A stretch of 64,000 bases of DNA from a bacterium. GTDB taxonomy: Bacteria; Bacillota; Clostridia; Christensenellales; DTU072. The DNA lies in NCBI GenBank assembly GCA_963644945.1, contig CAVIQK010000002.1, positions 111,326 to 175,325 of the forward strand. The letters are read 5' to 3'. Positions within the stretch are counted from its first letter, which is position 1. Every line of letters starts with the position of its first letter. A program made the position numbers and the translations under genes. Positions 19,855-29,220 of the stretch are shown here, one piece after another. Under the pieces are notes generated by a model that did no database searches, was not told where the DNA came from, and saw only the letters and a program-made list of their open reading frames with translations.

Positions 19855-21096
19855 ATGATAAATATCCCCAAAGGGACCAAAGACGTTTTACCTCAGGAAG
19901 CGACCAAGTGGCACTATATCGAAAGCAAAATAAGAGAAGTCACCACGCTTAGAGGATTTCGTGAAGTTCGCACTCCTATGTTCGAATCCACCGAACTTTT
20001 TGACAGAGGTGTAGGAGAAACGACGGACATTGTCAACAAAGAAATGTACACATTTTTGGACAAAGGCGGCAGATCAATGACCTTGAAGCCCGAAGGCACC
20101 GCCGGTGTTGCCAGAATGTATATTGAAAACGGACTTGCAAGCGATACAAGTCCCTTGAAAATGTTTTACGAAACATCGGTTTTCAGATATGAAAAACCCC
20201 AAGCCGGCAGACTTCGTGAACACCATCAATTCGGAGTCGAAGTTTACGGTAGCACTTCACCTTATTCCGATTTAGAGGTAATTCTTACCGCAAAAGCCTT
20301 GTTCGATGCAGTAGGTATCAAAGATCTTTCGCTTAGAATCAACAATATCGGTTGCGACAATTGTAGAGCAAAATACAACGAAGCAATCAAAAAATATTTC
20401 ACCGAAAATATCGACGATCTTTGCGACACTTGTAAAGAAAGACTCAATAAAAATCCGTTGAGAATTTTAGACTGCAAAGAAGAGAAATGCAAAAAAATTG
20501 TCCAAGGCGTACCGAGCATTTTAGACTATTTGTGCGACGATTGCAAAAATCATTTCAATACGTTGCAAGGGCTACTAAAAGCCGTCGGTATAAATTTTGT
20601 CGTCGATGACCGAATCGTTAGAGGCTTAGATTATTATACGGGTACGGTTTTTGAATTTACAACCGACACGATAGGCGCACAAGGTACCGTTTGCGGTGGT
20701 GGTAGATACAACAATTTAGTGTCATCCATCGGTGGTCCCAAAACCCCTGCGGTAGGCTTTGGAATGGGCATAGAAAGACTTATTCTTGTAGCCGAAGCAC
20801 AAGGAATAAGACTTGGCGAAACCGAAGTCCCTTCGCTATATGTCGTCAATGCCGGAGCAGGTAGCGAGGCGGTAAAACTTGTCGAAAATCTCAGAAGCCT
20901 CGGTATTTCTGCCGAAACCGACATTATGGACAGAAGTGTAAAAGCCCAAATGAAATATGCCGACAAAAGAGGCTTCAAGTATGTAATCGTACTTGGCACC
21001 AACGAACTAGAAACAGGCAAAGTCGCAATCAAAAAGATGGCTGACGGCAGTGTTTTGGAATCGGCAATTTCGGATATTAGCAACAATTTACAATGA
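19855..21096 (+). CDS. hisS: histidine--tRNA ligase
   Basis: Class II motifs: GTKDVLPQE, FRYEKPQAGRLREHHQFGVE, GGGRYNNL. Confidence 0.95.
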   Translation: MINIPKGTKDVLPQEATKWHYIESKIREVTTLRGFREVRTPMFESTELFDRGVGETTDIVNKEMYTFLDKGGRSMTLKPEGTAGVARMYIENGLASDTSPLKMFYETSVFRYEKPQAGRLREHHQFGVEVYGSTSPYSDLEVILTAKALFDAVGIKDLSLRINNIGCDNCRAKYNEAIKKYFTENIDDLCDTCKERLNKNPLRILDCKEEKCKKIVQGVPSILDYLCDDCKNHFNTLQGLLKAVGINFVVDDRIVRGLDYYTGTVFEFTTDTIGAQGTVCGGGRYNNLVSSIGGPKTPAVGFGMGIERLILVAEAQGIRLGETEVPSLYVVNAGAGSEAVKLVENLRSLGISAETDIMDRSVKAQMKYADKRGFKYVIVLGTNELETGKVAIKKMADGSVLESAISDISNNLQ

Positions 21097-21515
21097 TAGA
21101 AGTCGGCGAAGTTGTCAAAATAGATAAAAAGAATAGGGCAACCGTAAGATTTCCTAGACGAGAAGCATGCGAACATTGCAATGCTTGTGTAAAACACAAA
21201 AACGAGCCTTACGTCGATATTTTGGTCGAGAACGAACTTAATGCGACAGAAGGCGACAAAGTCGAAGTCTCGATGGCAGGAAACGTTGTCGTCACTGCAT
21301 CGATTATAGCCTATCTAATCCCCGTTTTGCTTGTGACCGTTGCTCTCGCTTTTACATATAAATACAATGTCTATATAGCCTTCGGTGTGTCAATCGGAGT
21401 TTTGGCAATTGCCGAAATAGTAATCGCACTGATAGATAAAAAACTAAGAAAACGTTCGGAGTTTATGCCTCGGATGACTTCAATAATAAAAGAAAAGGAG
21501 ATAGAAAATGAGTGA
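21093..21515 (+). CDS. RseC/MucC-family (SoxR-reducing system RseC-like) small membrane protein
   Basis: N-terminal beta segment with CEHCNAC cysteine motif, then two TM helices (VVVTASIIAYLIPVLLV..., IAFGVSIGVLAIAEIVI). ATGA overlap with hisS. Confidence 0.6.
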   Translation: MIEVGEVVKIDKKNRATVRFPRREACEHCNACVKHKNEPYVDILVENELNATEGDKVEVSMAGNVVVTASIIAYLIPVLLVTVALAFTYKYNVYIAFGVSIGVLAIAEIVIALIDKKLRKRSEFMPRMTSIIKEKEIENE

Positions 21516-21831
21516 TTTTATAGAACATCTCAACAAAGATAATTATGATAATTTTGTAGCCTCGGATACATTATCCGTAGTAGATTTTTGGGCAAACTGG
21601 TGTGGACCTTGTAGAATGCTCGCTCCGATTTTTGAAGAAGTAGCGGAAGAATTACACGATACCGTAAGGTTTGCAAAACTCGATGTTGACGAATCTGAAG
21701 ACATTGCAGTCAATTTAGGAGTGATGACCATCCCCACTTTGCTATTCTATAAAGGTGGCAAAATTTTGAAAACTAACACAGGATACTTGTCTAAAGAGAA
21801 TTTGGTTGATATAATTAAGTCGCTAGCGTAA
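21508..21831 (+). CDS. trxA: thioredoxin
   Basis: WANWCGPCRML active site; 107 aa; 8-nt overlap with the upstream gene. Confidence 0.93.
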   Translation: MSDFIEHLNKDNYDNFVASDTLSVVDFWANWCGPCRMLAPIFEEVAEELHDTVRFAKLDVDESEDIAVNLGVMTIPTLLFYKGGKILKTNTGYLSKENLVDIIKSLA

Positions 21832-21866
21832 ATCTAAAGATTTAGAAAGCAATATTTGGAGAATTT

Positions 21867-23126
21867 ATGATTGATTTAGGAATTATAAGAAGAGAAGATC
21901 CCGAAATATTCGATGCGATGGTTTTGGAACTCAAAAGGCAACAAAACAATATAGAACTTATCGCCAGCGAAAACTTTGTAAGTCCTGCCGTCATGACGGC
22001 TGCCGGCACGCATTTGACCAATAAATATGCCGAAGGCTACCCCGATAAACGTTATTACGGTGGTTGTCAATATGTCGATATTGTAGAAAAACTTGCAATC
22101 GACAGAACAAGACAACTTTTTGGCGGTGAATATATCAATGTTCAACCTCACTCGGGTTCGAGCGCCAATATTGAGGTTTACTACTCACTACTAAACTACG
22201 GCGACAAGATTCTCGGCATGAATCTTTCTCATGGCGGACACTTGACGCATGGTAGCCCCGCCTCGATGTCGGGGAGTTATTTTAATGTTGTATCTTACGG
22301 TGTTGACAAAGAAACCGGTTATATTGACTATGAAGAAGTCGAGAGAATTGCAAAAAAAGAGCAACCAAAACTCATAATTGCCGGAGCATCTGCCTACCCC
22401 AGAAAGATAGATTTCAAAGAATTTAGACGTATTGCAGACGAAGTCGGTGCCATTTTAATGGTAGATATGGCACATATTGCAGGACTAGTCGCAGCGGGAC
22501 TACACGAAAACCCCGTTCCTTATGCGGACGTCGTCACGACCACCACACACAAGACGCTAAGAGGAGCAAGAGGCGGTCTTATTATTGCCAAAGAAAAGTA
22601 TGCCAAAGCACTCGGAAAAGGTGTCTTCCCCGGTACTCAAGGCGGACCTCTTATGCACATAATTGCAGCCAAAGCCGTAGCGCTTAAAGAGGCATTGTCC
22701 CCCGAATTCAAGGTCTATCAACAGCACATTGTCGAAAACGCCCGGGCGCTTGCCGGTCAATTGATGAATAGAGGTGTAAAACTGTTTTCCAACGGAACAG
22801 ACAACCACTTGATGCTCATTGATTTGAGAGGAACAGGAGTCAGCGGAAAGACCTTGGAACACAACTTGGATGCAGTCAATATCACTACCAACAAAAACAC
22901 GATTCCGTTTGACGATGCATCCCCCTTTGATCCCAACGGTTTAAGAGTAGGTACACCTGCGGCAACCACAAGAGGCATGGGTGTAGAAGAAATGAAAATT
23001 ATCGGCGATTCTATCGCAGATGCAATATTTGATTTCGACAACAAACAACAAGAAATCAAAGAAAAAGTAAGAATGCTTACGGAGAAATTTCCGTTATATA
23101 AAGAGGATTTTATTTTAGATGAATAA
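21867..23126 (+). CDS. glyA: serine hydroxymethyltransferase
   Basis: [25 protein letters not shown] (PLP lysine) motifs. Confidence 0.96.
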   Translation: MIDLGIIRREDPEIFDAMVLELKRQQNNIELIASENFVSPAVMTAAGTHLTNKYAEGYPDKRYYGGCQYVDIVEKLAIDRTRQLFGGEYINVQPHSGSSANIEVYYSLLNYGDKILGMNLSHGGHLTHGSPASMSGSYFNVVSYGVDKETGYIDYEEVERIAKKEQPKLIIAGASAYPRKIDFKEFRRIADEVGAILMVDMAHIAGLVAAGLHENPVPYADVVTTTTHKTLRGARGGLIIAKEKYAKALGKGVFPGTQGGPLMHIIAAKAVALKEALSPEFKVYQQHIVENARALAGQLMNRGVKLFSNGTDNHLMLIDLRGTGVSGKTLEHNLDAVNITTNKNTIPFDDASPFDPNGLRVGTPAATTRGMGVEEMKIIGDSIADAIFDFDNKQQEIKEKVRMLTEKFPLYKEDFILDE

Positions 23127-24303
23127 AATATATTTGGACAATGCGGCAACAACGTCGCTAGATAAAGATGTTTTAGCCAAAATGATGCCGTACTTTTGTG
23201 ACGTTTACGGCAATGCAAGTTCTTTGCACTCTTTTGGCAGAGAAGCGCTAAAAGCCGTCGATAAAGCAAGAGACGACATTGCAGAAATCATCGGAGCGCA
23301 TGCATCCGAAATTTACTTTACGTCCGGTGGAACAGAGAGCGACAACTGGGCGCTTAAAGGTATTGCCGAAACTTACAAAAAACTCGGAAAACATATCATA
23401 ACCACCAAAATTGAGCATCACGCCATTTTAGAAACATGTGCAGAACTCGAAAAGAAAGGTTACGAAATTACCTATGTCGGAGTAGACAAAGACGGCAGAG
23501 TCAACGTTGACGAGATTCGCAACGCAATTAGAGAAGATACTATTCTAGTTTCGGTAATGACCGCCAACAACGAAATCGGCACAATACAACCTATAAAAGA
23601 AATTGGTGCAATTTGTAAAGAAAGAGGAGTTTTCTTCCATACAGATGCCGTCCAAGCCATCGGAACCATAGACATCAACGTCGATAGAGACAATATAGAT
23701 ATGTTGTCTGTTTCGGCTCACAAATTCCATGGTCCCAAAGGTGTAGGTTTTCTCTACATAAGAAGCGGTATAAGACCACAACGTCAAATAGAAGGCGGTC
23801 ATCAAGAAAGAAAACAAAGAGCCGGCACTACCAACACCCCCGGTGTCGTAGGCATGGCAGAAGCCCTAAAAATGACGGTTGCCAATAGAGCCGAATATAC
23901 CAAAAGAGTGTCGGGACTTAGAGACTATTTTATAGACAGAGTGCTATCCGAAATTCCTTACAGCCACTTAAACGGCGGTAGAGAAAATAGACTTCCGAGC
24001 AATGCAAATCTTTCCTTTGATTATATCGAAGGCGAAAGCATCCTATTCCTTCTTGATACGGCAGGCATTGCGGTATCCAGTGGCTCGGCATGTTCCTCGG
24101 GTTCTCTAGATCCGTCCCACGTCGTGCTTGCTCTCGGTGTTTCGATAGAACAAGCCCACAGTTCGATTAGATTTTCTTTAGGGAGAGAAACCACAAAAGA
24201 AGAAATCGATTTTACCGTTGACACATTGAAAAAAATTATTGCAAAATTAAGAAAATTATCACCTTTATGGGATGACGAAAAAGGAGTTGGAAACTATGTA
24301 TAA
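23119..24303 (+). CDS. nifS: cysteine desulfurase (NifS/IscS type)
   Basis: [19 protein letters not shown] (PLP Lys), SSGSACSSG (active Cys); followed by the scaffold gene. Confidence 0.9.
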   Translation: MNKIYLDNAATTSLDKDVLAKMMPYFCDVYGNASSLHSFGREALKAVDKARDDIAEIIGAHASEIYFTSGGTESDNWALKGIAETYKKLGKHIITTKIEHHAILETCAELEKKGYEITYVGVDKDGRVNVDEIRNAIREDTILVSVMTANNEIGTIQPIKEIGAICKERGVFFHTDAVQAIGTIDINVDRDNIDMLSVSAHKFHGPKGVGFLYIRSGIRPQRQIEGGHQERKQRAGTTNTPGVVGMAEALKMTVANRAEYTKRVSGLRDYFIDRVLSEIPYSHLNGGRENRLPSNANLSFDYIEGESILFLLDTAGIAVSSGSACSSGSLDPSHVVLALGVSIEQAHSSIRFSLGRETTKEEIDFTVDTLKKIIAKLRKLSPLWDDEKGVGNYV

Positions 24304-24670
24304 TGATAAAGTATTTGAAATTTTCAGAAACCCTCAAAATATCGGCGAAATAGAAAATCCTTCCGGTGTTGGTCGTGTAGGCAACGCAAAATGCGGAGAT
24401 ATAATGGAAGTTCAATTGAAGATTGAAAACAACATTGTCACCGATGCAAAATTTAGAACATTCGGTTGTGCCGCAGCAATTGCCTCATCGTCTATGGCGA
24501 CGTCAATGATTATAGGAAAAACCGTTGAAGAAGCCTTGCAACTCAAAAACAGCGATGTCGTGGATGCTCTCGGTGGACTTCCCGCACAAAAAATTCACTG
24601 TTCGGTTTTAGCAGAAGAAGCCATAGCCCTTGCCGTAGAAGATTACAGAAACAAGCAAAAAAACAACTAA
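24296..24670 (+). CDS. nifU: Fe-S cluster assembly scaffold NifU/IscU
   Basis: ATG 24296 (track start 24272 is upstream in-frame). GNAKCGD, FGCAAAIASS, IHCSVLA cysteine ligands. Confidence 0.9.
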   Translation: MYNDKVFEIFRNPQNIGEIENPSGVGRVGNAKCGDIMEVQLKIENNIVTDAKFRTFGCAAAIASSSMATSMIIGKTVEEALQLKNSDVVDALGGLPAQKIHCSVLAEEAIALAVEDYRNKQKNN

Positions 24671-24692
24671 AAACATTTAACAAAATCACATG

Positions 24693-24723
24693 CCTTCCGA
24701 TATATTTGTCGGAAGGTTTTTTT
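24693..24723 (+). terminator. intrinsic terminator after nifU
   Basis: CCTTCCGA-8 nt loop-TCGGAAGG hairpin followed by 7 T. Confidence 0.85.
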
Positions 24724-24816
24724 ATAAATACAAATATGAAATAGCAAGAAAACCTAATTTTTTGTCAAAAAAATTAACACTTACATTTTTAGTGCAAGCA
24801 AAATGATAGTAAAAAT

Positions 24817-25371
24817 TTATTTATTTCTCCAATTTTTTATCTTTTGCAATCTAAAACGATTGAATCTTTGAATCAAGATTGGTGGTAAATCTAAAAGAAA
24901 CGAAGCAAGAATTGATGTGATGATATATATCCAAAGTTCGTTTGCGGAAAGTAGATATCCGAAAAGAATAGCGAAAAGCCCCGCAAAGAAACAAATCCAA
25001 TGACATATTTCGGCGTGTATATTATTTTTCAGCACAATATCAATATTTTGATTTATTTTGAATTGATCTTTGTAAAGAGTGACAAATTTATCTTTCCATT
25101 TTTTGACTTTCAATTTGTTTAAGAAAATAAATTCCTTTTCCGAAACAGAAAAAATTTTACAATCGATGTTTATTTTGCTTTTGAAAAGAGTCGTGATCGC
25201 AGAAATTAAATGCCTAATATCTGCGTGATATGCAAACATAAAAAGTGTGATAAAAATTGCAATATAAGGTTGTTTTCGTCCGTACAAAGCAAGCAAAACA
25301 CAACTTGTCGCAAAAGCAAGATTTATGGCGATTGAATAAATAATAAGTGTGAGTAATGTTTTGTTTTTCAT
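24817..25371 (-). CDS. 4-5 TM membrane protein, possibly of the glycosyl-4,4'-diaponeurosporenoate acyltransferase (CrtO-like) family
   Basis: 184 aa, hydrophobic. KVKKWKDKF and HAEICHW segments resemble that family's conserved motifs (from memory); weak functional call. Confidence 0.7.
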   Translation of the reverse strand: MKNKTLLTLIIYSIAINLAFATSCVLLALYGRKQPYIAIFITLFMFAYHADIRHLISAITTLFKSKINIDCKIFSVSEKEFIFLNKLKVKKWKDKFVTLYKDQFKINQNIDIVLKNNIHAEICHWICFFAGLFAILFGYLLSANELWIYIITSILASFLLDLPPILIQRFNRFRLQKIKNWRNK

Positions 25372-25377
25372 GCAAAT

Positions 25378-25386
25378 ATCATATCA
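25378..25386 (-). promoter_or_regulatory. extended -10 promoter 6 nt upstream of the ATG (leaderless candidate)
   Basis: Minus strand reads TGaTATGAT-ATTTGC-ATG; no Shine-Dalgarno. Confidence 0.45.
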
Positions 25387-25477
25387 CAAGATTTCTTGTA
25401 TAAAATGAATGATTATCGTGGTAAATCAACAAATAATTAGCCGAAGACGATTAAAAACATTTCGACTAAATATTTTA

Positions 25478-26074
25478 CTAAAATCCCAAATTTTCGTTGA
25501 TAATTACAATATATACGTTTTTATCGCTTGTCGGATGATGTTGTATGACGGTTGCTTTACATATAGTATCGGGGCTATTGCAATTCATACATTTGCCCTT
25601 TACTGCGCAAGGAGTTTTTTTACCGAGTTTAACGCAATTTTTAGGCGATGCGATATTTCTTGTGCGATCAATACCTTCCTCGATGGTCTTGACTATCTTG
25701 TTTACACCGGTCACAATTAAAACATTTTTTGGCCCGTATAACATATTTGCCACTCTGTTTGCTCTGCCGTCAATGTTTACAAGGTCCCCCGATTCGCATA
25801 AAGCATTGGTACTACAACAAAACCAATCGGCATCATGACTGAGTCTATATACGTCTTCTGCCGTGTATTGGGGCATACTGCGGTGATAAAGAGTGCATCC
25901 GTGTTCGGTCAAAAACGGAAGAAGTCCCATCTCTTGTACGGTTACGCTACCCCCGAATCCGACGGAAGAGCCTTTTTCTATAAGTGTAGCAATGAGATCG
26001 AGTGCATCTTGCGATGTTTCAACATAATAAGGGTGAAACCCTCTTAATTTTAAGTTTTTCAGTAATTTTTCCAT
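25478..26074 (-). CDS. LUD-domain (DUF162, LutC/YkgG-like) protein
   Basis: 198 aa; VGFGGSVT, GDLVNIDGRANRV, NVLIVTGVNKIV pattern typical of stand-alone clostridial LUD proteins; C-terminal CxxC. Confidence 0.75.
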   Translation of the reverse strand: MEKLLKNLKLRGFHPYYVETSQDALDLIATLIEKGSSVGFGGSVTVQEMGLLPFLTEHGCTLYHRSMPQYTAEDVYRLSHDADWFCCSTNALCESGDLVNIDGRANRVANMLYGPKNVLIVTGVNKIVKTIEEGIDRTRNIASPKNCVKLGKKTPCAVKGKCMNCNSPDTICKATVIQHHPTSDKNVYIVIINENLGF

Positions 26075-26080
26075 GTTTAT

Positions 26081-26110
26081 ATACTATCACGATTTTAGGT
26101 ATTATGTAAA
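26081..26110 (-). promoter_or_regulatory. promoter of the LUD gene (leaderless candidate)
   Basis: Minus strand reads TTTACA-18 nt (ending TGa)-TAGTAT-ATAAAC-ATG; no Shine-Dalgarno. Confidence 0.5.
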
Positions 26111-26128
26111 CTTAATTTTGTTTTTTCC

Positions 26129-26157
26129 TTGCACAAAGGTAGTTTTTTTTATATTAT
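26129..26157 (+). promoter_or_regulatory. promoter of lepA (leaderless candidate)
   Basis: TTGCAC (26129-26134), 17 nt, TATTAT (26152-26157), then 6 nt, then ATG 26164; no Shine-Dalgarno. Confidence 0.5.
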
Positions 26158-26163
26158 ATATTT

Positions 26164-27966
26164 ATGGATAAAAAACAGCATTTAATAAGAAATTTTTGTA
26201 TTGTAGCACATATAGATCATGGTAAATCGACTCTTGCCGACCGTATTATGCAAAAGACCGGTCAAGTTGCCGATCGTGACATGAAAGCCCAACTTTTAGA
26301 TAGCATGGATATCGAGAGAGAAAGAGGCATAACAATCAAACTTACGCCCGTCACCATGCACTATGATTACAAAGGCGAGAGATATACTCTCAATTTGATT
26401 GATACCCCCGGACACGTTGATTTCACTTATGAGGTTTCTAGGAGCCTTGCGGCATGCGAAGGAGCCATCCTTATAGTTGATGCTACGCAAGGTGTCGAAG
26501 CGCAGACTTTGACCAACGTATATCTTGCAATAGACAACGACTTGGAAATATTACCGGTTATAAACAAAATTGATTTACCTTCTGCAGAACCCGAAATCGT
26601 TCGAAAAGAAATAGAAGACGTGATAGGCCTAGATGCATCCAATGCCCCCTTAATCAGTGCAAAAGAAGGCATAAATATTGAAGCGGTAATCGAACAAGTA
26701 ATTGACCAACTTCCTGCCCCAAGTGGCGATGCGAGCCTTCCCTTGAAAGCCTTGATTTTTGACAGCCTTTATGACAATTACAAAGGTGCAATTTGCAATG
26801 TAAGAATATTTGACGGGACCGTAAAAGCCGGCGACAAGATTAAAATGATGTCCACCGGAAAAGAATTCGATGTTACCGAAGTAGGAGTGTTTTCTCCGCA
26901 AATGCAACCGAAAGACGAACTTTCCGCAGGTGATGTCGGATATATAACGGCAAGTATAAAAAATGTCAGAGATACCGCTGTAGGCGATACCATCACCCAT
27001 GCCGACAAACCAACCGAATCTCCCCTCAAAGGCTACAAAAAAGTCAGCCCCATGGTCTTTGCCGGTGTCTATCCCGCAGACGGCTCAAAATACAATGATT
27101 TGAGAGATGCGCTTGAAAAACTACAATTAAACGATGCATCGTTAGAGTTTGACATGGAAACATCCGGAGCGCTCGGTTTTGGTTTTAGATGCGGATTCCT
27201 CGGCTTACTTCACATGGAGATAATAGAAGAGCGACTAGAACGTGAATTTGACCTTGATTTGGTCACGACCGCCCCAAGCGTCTCTTATAGAGTTGTAAAA
27301 ACCAACGGTGAAGTGATGATGGTTGACAACCCTAGTTCGTTGCCCAACCCTGCCGAAATAGACCATATAGAAGAGCCTGTTGTCAATGCTCAAATTTTCA
27401 CACCTCCGGAGTATGTAGGTGCGATAATGGAACTTTGCCAAAACAAGCGGGGAATATATAAGAATTTGACCTACATAGACACATCTAGATGTAGACTTGA
27501 TTATACAATTCCGTTGTCCGAAATCATCTACGACTTCTTTGATAATCTCAAATCTCGAACAAGGGGCTATGCAAGTCTAGACTACGATTTTGCAGGCTAT
27601 CAAACAGATTCTCTTGTCAAACTTGATATTATGCTTAACGGCGATGTTTGCGATGCATTGTCGCTAATTGTCCATAGAGATCAAGCATACGCTAGAGGAC
27701 GTGGTATTGCCGAAAAACTAAAAGACGTAATTCCGAGACAAATGTTCGAGATTCCTATTCAAGCATGTATCGGTGGAAAAATTATTGCGAGAGAAACCGT
27801 AAAAGCCTTGCGTAAAGACGTTTTGGCAAAATGTTATGGCGGTGATATTACTCGTAAGAAAAAACTCCTTGAAAAGCAAAAGGAAGGCAAAAAACGTATG
27901 CGTCAAGTTGGCAGTGTAGAAATTCCGTCCGAAGCGTTTATGTCAATTTTGCGTATAGATAAATAA
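26164..27966 (+). CDS. lepA: elongation factor 4 (LepA)
   Basis: [33 protein letters not shown] GTPase motifs; characteristic LepA C-terminus ...[18 protein letters not shown]. Confidence 0.96.
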   Translation: MDKKQHLIRNFCIVAHIDHGKSTLADRIMQKTGQVADRDMKAQLLDSMDIERERGITIKLTPVTMHYDYKGERYTLNLIDTPGHVDFTYEVSRSLAACEGAILIVDATQGVEAQTLTNVYLAIDNDLEILPVINKIDLPSAEPEIVRKEIEDVIGLDASNAPLISAKEGINIEAVIEQVIDQLPAPSGDASLPLKALIFDSLYDNYKGAICNVRIFDGTVKAGDKIKMMSTGKEFDVTEVGVFSPQMQPKDELSAGDVGYITASIKNVRDTAVGDTITHADKPTESPLKGYKKVSPMVFAGVYPADGSKYNDLRDALEKLQLNDASLEFDMETSGALGFGFRCGFLGLLHMEIIEERLEREFDLDLVTTAPSVSYRVVKTNGEVMMVDNPSSLPNPAEIDHIEEPVVNAQIFTPPEYVGAIMELCQNKRGIYKNLTYIDTSRCRLDYTIPLSEIIYDFFDNLKSRTRGYASLDYDFAGYQTDSLVKLDIMLNGDVCDALSLIVHRDQAYARGRGIAEKLKDVIPRQMFEIPIQACIGGKIIARETVKALRKDVLAKCYGGDITRKKKLLEKQKEGKKRMRQVGSVEIPSEAFMSILRIDK

Positions 27967-27971
27967 CAGTA

Positions 27972-29075
27972 ATGACCGGACTTTATATACACGTTCCTTT
28001 TTGTGCGAGCAAGTGTAAATATTGTGATTTTTATTCATTAGTTTCCAAAGGCTACATTGATTCGTATGTCGATGAAGTAGTTGCCGAAATTAAAAAAAAT
28101 GCCATAAAACACTCAAACAAAACCATTGACACAATTTATTTCGGTGGCGGAACACCGTCTATTTTGACATATAATCAACTGAAAACTATCACCGACAGTA
28201 TTTATGACAATTTTGCTACCGATATTAAAGAGTTTTCGATAGAAGTTAACCCCGATTTGTCGCAAGATATTCCGAGGTATAAAGATCTTGGAATAACCAG
28301 AATCAGTGTCGGAGTGCAAAGCACCAACGAGCAAGTACTAAGTAATATAGGAAGAAAACATTCGGCTATTACTGCGCTAAACACATTAAAAAAAGCCCAA
28401 GACTGCGGATTTGATGTAAGTGCCGATATAATGATCGGATGCGAAAGTTCAACAAGTGAAGACGTGATTAAAACACTATATGACGTTTCGCCGTATTGCA
28501 CTCATGTTTCCGCATATATTCTCAAAGTAGAAGAAAAAACTCCGCTAAAAATCAAAGTTGACAAAGGTGAAATTATTTTACCCGACGATGACGAAGTGGC
28601 AGATACATATATGCAGTTTGTTGAGATGGCCGAAAAACTCGGTTTTAAGCAATATGAAATATCTAATTTTGCAAAAGAGAACAAAGAAAGCATTCACAAT
28701 TTGAAGTATTGGAAACAAGAAGAATATATAGGTGTCGGTCCCTCGGCACACAGTTATATTGATGGTATTAGATATTATAATACTCCTAATATAAAAGAGT
28801 ATTTGAACGGAGAAAATTCCGCTAACGGTAAAATAATAATAGAAGACGACGATGTTATTTCCGGAGTCTCCGAGTATCTAATGCTTGGTTTAAGACTTGT
28901 TGATGGTGTCAGCATAGAAGAAATCAAACAAAAATTTAATGTTGACATACTCGAAAAGTATAGAGAAAAATTTGATAAACTTAAAAATTTCTTCGAGATA
29001 ACCTCAGACCATATTGCTATAAAAAAAGAGTTTTTTCTCATCCAAAATTCAATTTTAACCTCACTTTTATTCTAA
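27972..29075 (+). CDS. hemW: radical SAM heme chaperone HemW (HemN-like)
   Basis: LYIHVPFCASKCKYCDF (CxxxCxxC), GGGTPS; position between lepA and hrcA as in B. subtilis. Confidence 0.9.
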   Translation: MTGLYIHVPFCASKCKYCDFYSLVSKGYIDSYVDEVVAEIKKNAIKHSNKTIDTIYFGGGTPSILTYNQLKTITDSIYDNFATDIKEFSIEVNPDLSQDIPRYKDLGITRISVGVQSTNEQVLSNIGRKHSAITALNTLKKAQDCGFDVSADIMIGCESSTSEDVIKTLYDVSPYCTHVSAYILKVEEKTPLKIKVDKGEIILPDDDEVADTYMQFVEMAEKLGFKQYEISNFAKENKESIHNLKYWKQEEYIGVGPSAHSYIDGIRYYNTPNIKEYLNGENSANGKIIIEDDDVISGVSEYLMLGLRLVDGVSIEEIKQKFNVDILEKYREKFDKLKNFFEITSDHIAIKKEFFLIQNSILTSLLF

Positions 29076-29129
29076 AATAACATTTCAAAATTTTTCTTAT
29101 AAAAAATATAAAAATTTTTATTTTTTCCG

Positions 29130-29159
29130 TTGACAAACAATAACAAACAAATATATAAT
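29130..29159 (+). promoter_or_regulatory. sigma-A promoter of the hrcA-grpE-dnaK-dnaJ operon
   Basis: TTGACA (29130-29135), 18 nt, TATAAT (29154-29159). Confidence 0.8.
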
Positions 29160-29160
29160 G

Positions 29161-29187
29161 TTAGCAGTCAAGAGATAAGAGTGCTAA
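29161..29187 (+). promoter_or_regulatory. CIRCE operator (HrcA binding site)
   Basis: TTAGCAGTC-N9-GAGTGCTAA versus consensus TTAGCACTC-N9-GAGTGCTAA; starts 2 nt after the -10 box. Confidence 0.9.
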
Positions 29188-29220
29188 CAAATATATAAAA
29201 AGATTGCTAGACGGTGAAAA

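Noticed and set aside
20634-21197. 187-aa ORF antisense to hisS. Similar long antisense ORFs lie at 22757-23269 (170 aa), 3066-3518 (150 aa), 48967-49425 (152 aa), 17942-18352 (136 aa) and 55552-56137.
   Set aside because: All lie entirely inside well-supported sense genes. Their composition is low-complexity and Ser/Leu/Phe-rich, as expected when the complement of a codon-biased gene is read. None has an SD or promoter. They are stop-codon-poor antisense frames, not genes.
21832-21866. Small AAATC-UAAA-GAUUU hairpin after trxA as a possible terminator.
   Set aside because: It is a 5-bp AU-only stem with no following T-tract. glyA starts 35 nt later with its own SD, so read-through is more likely.
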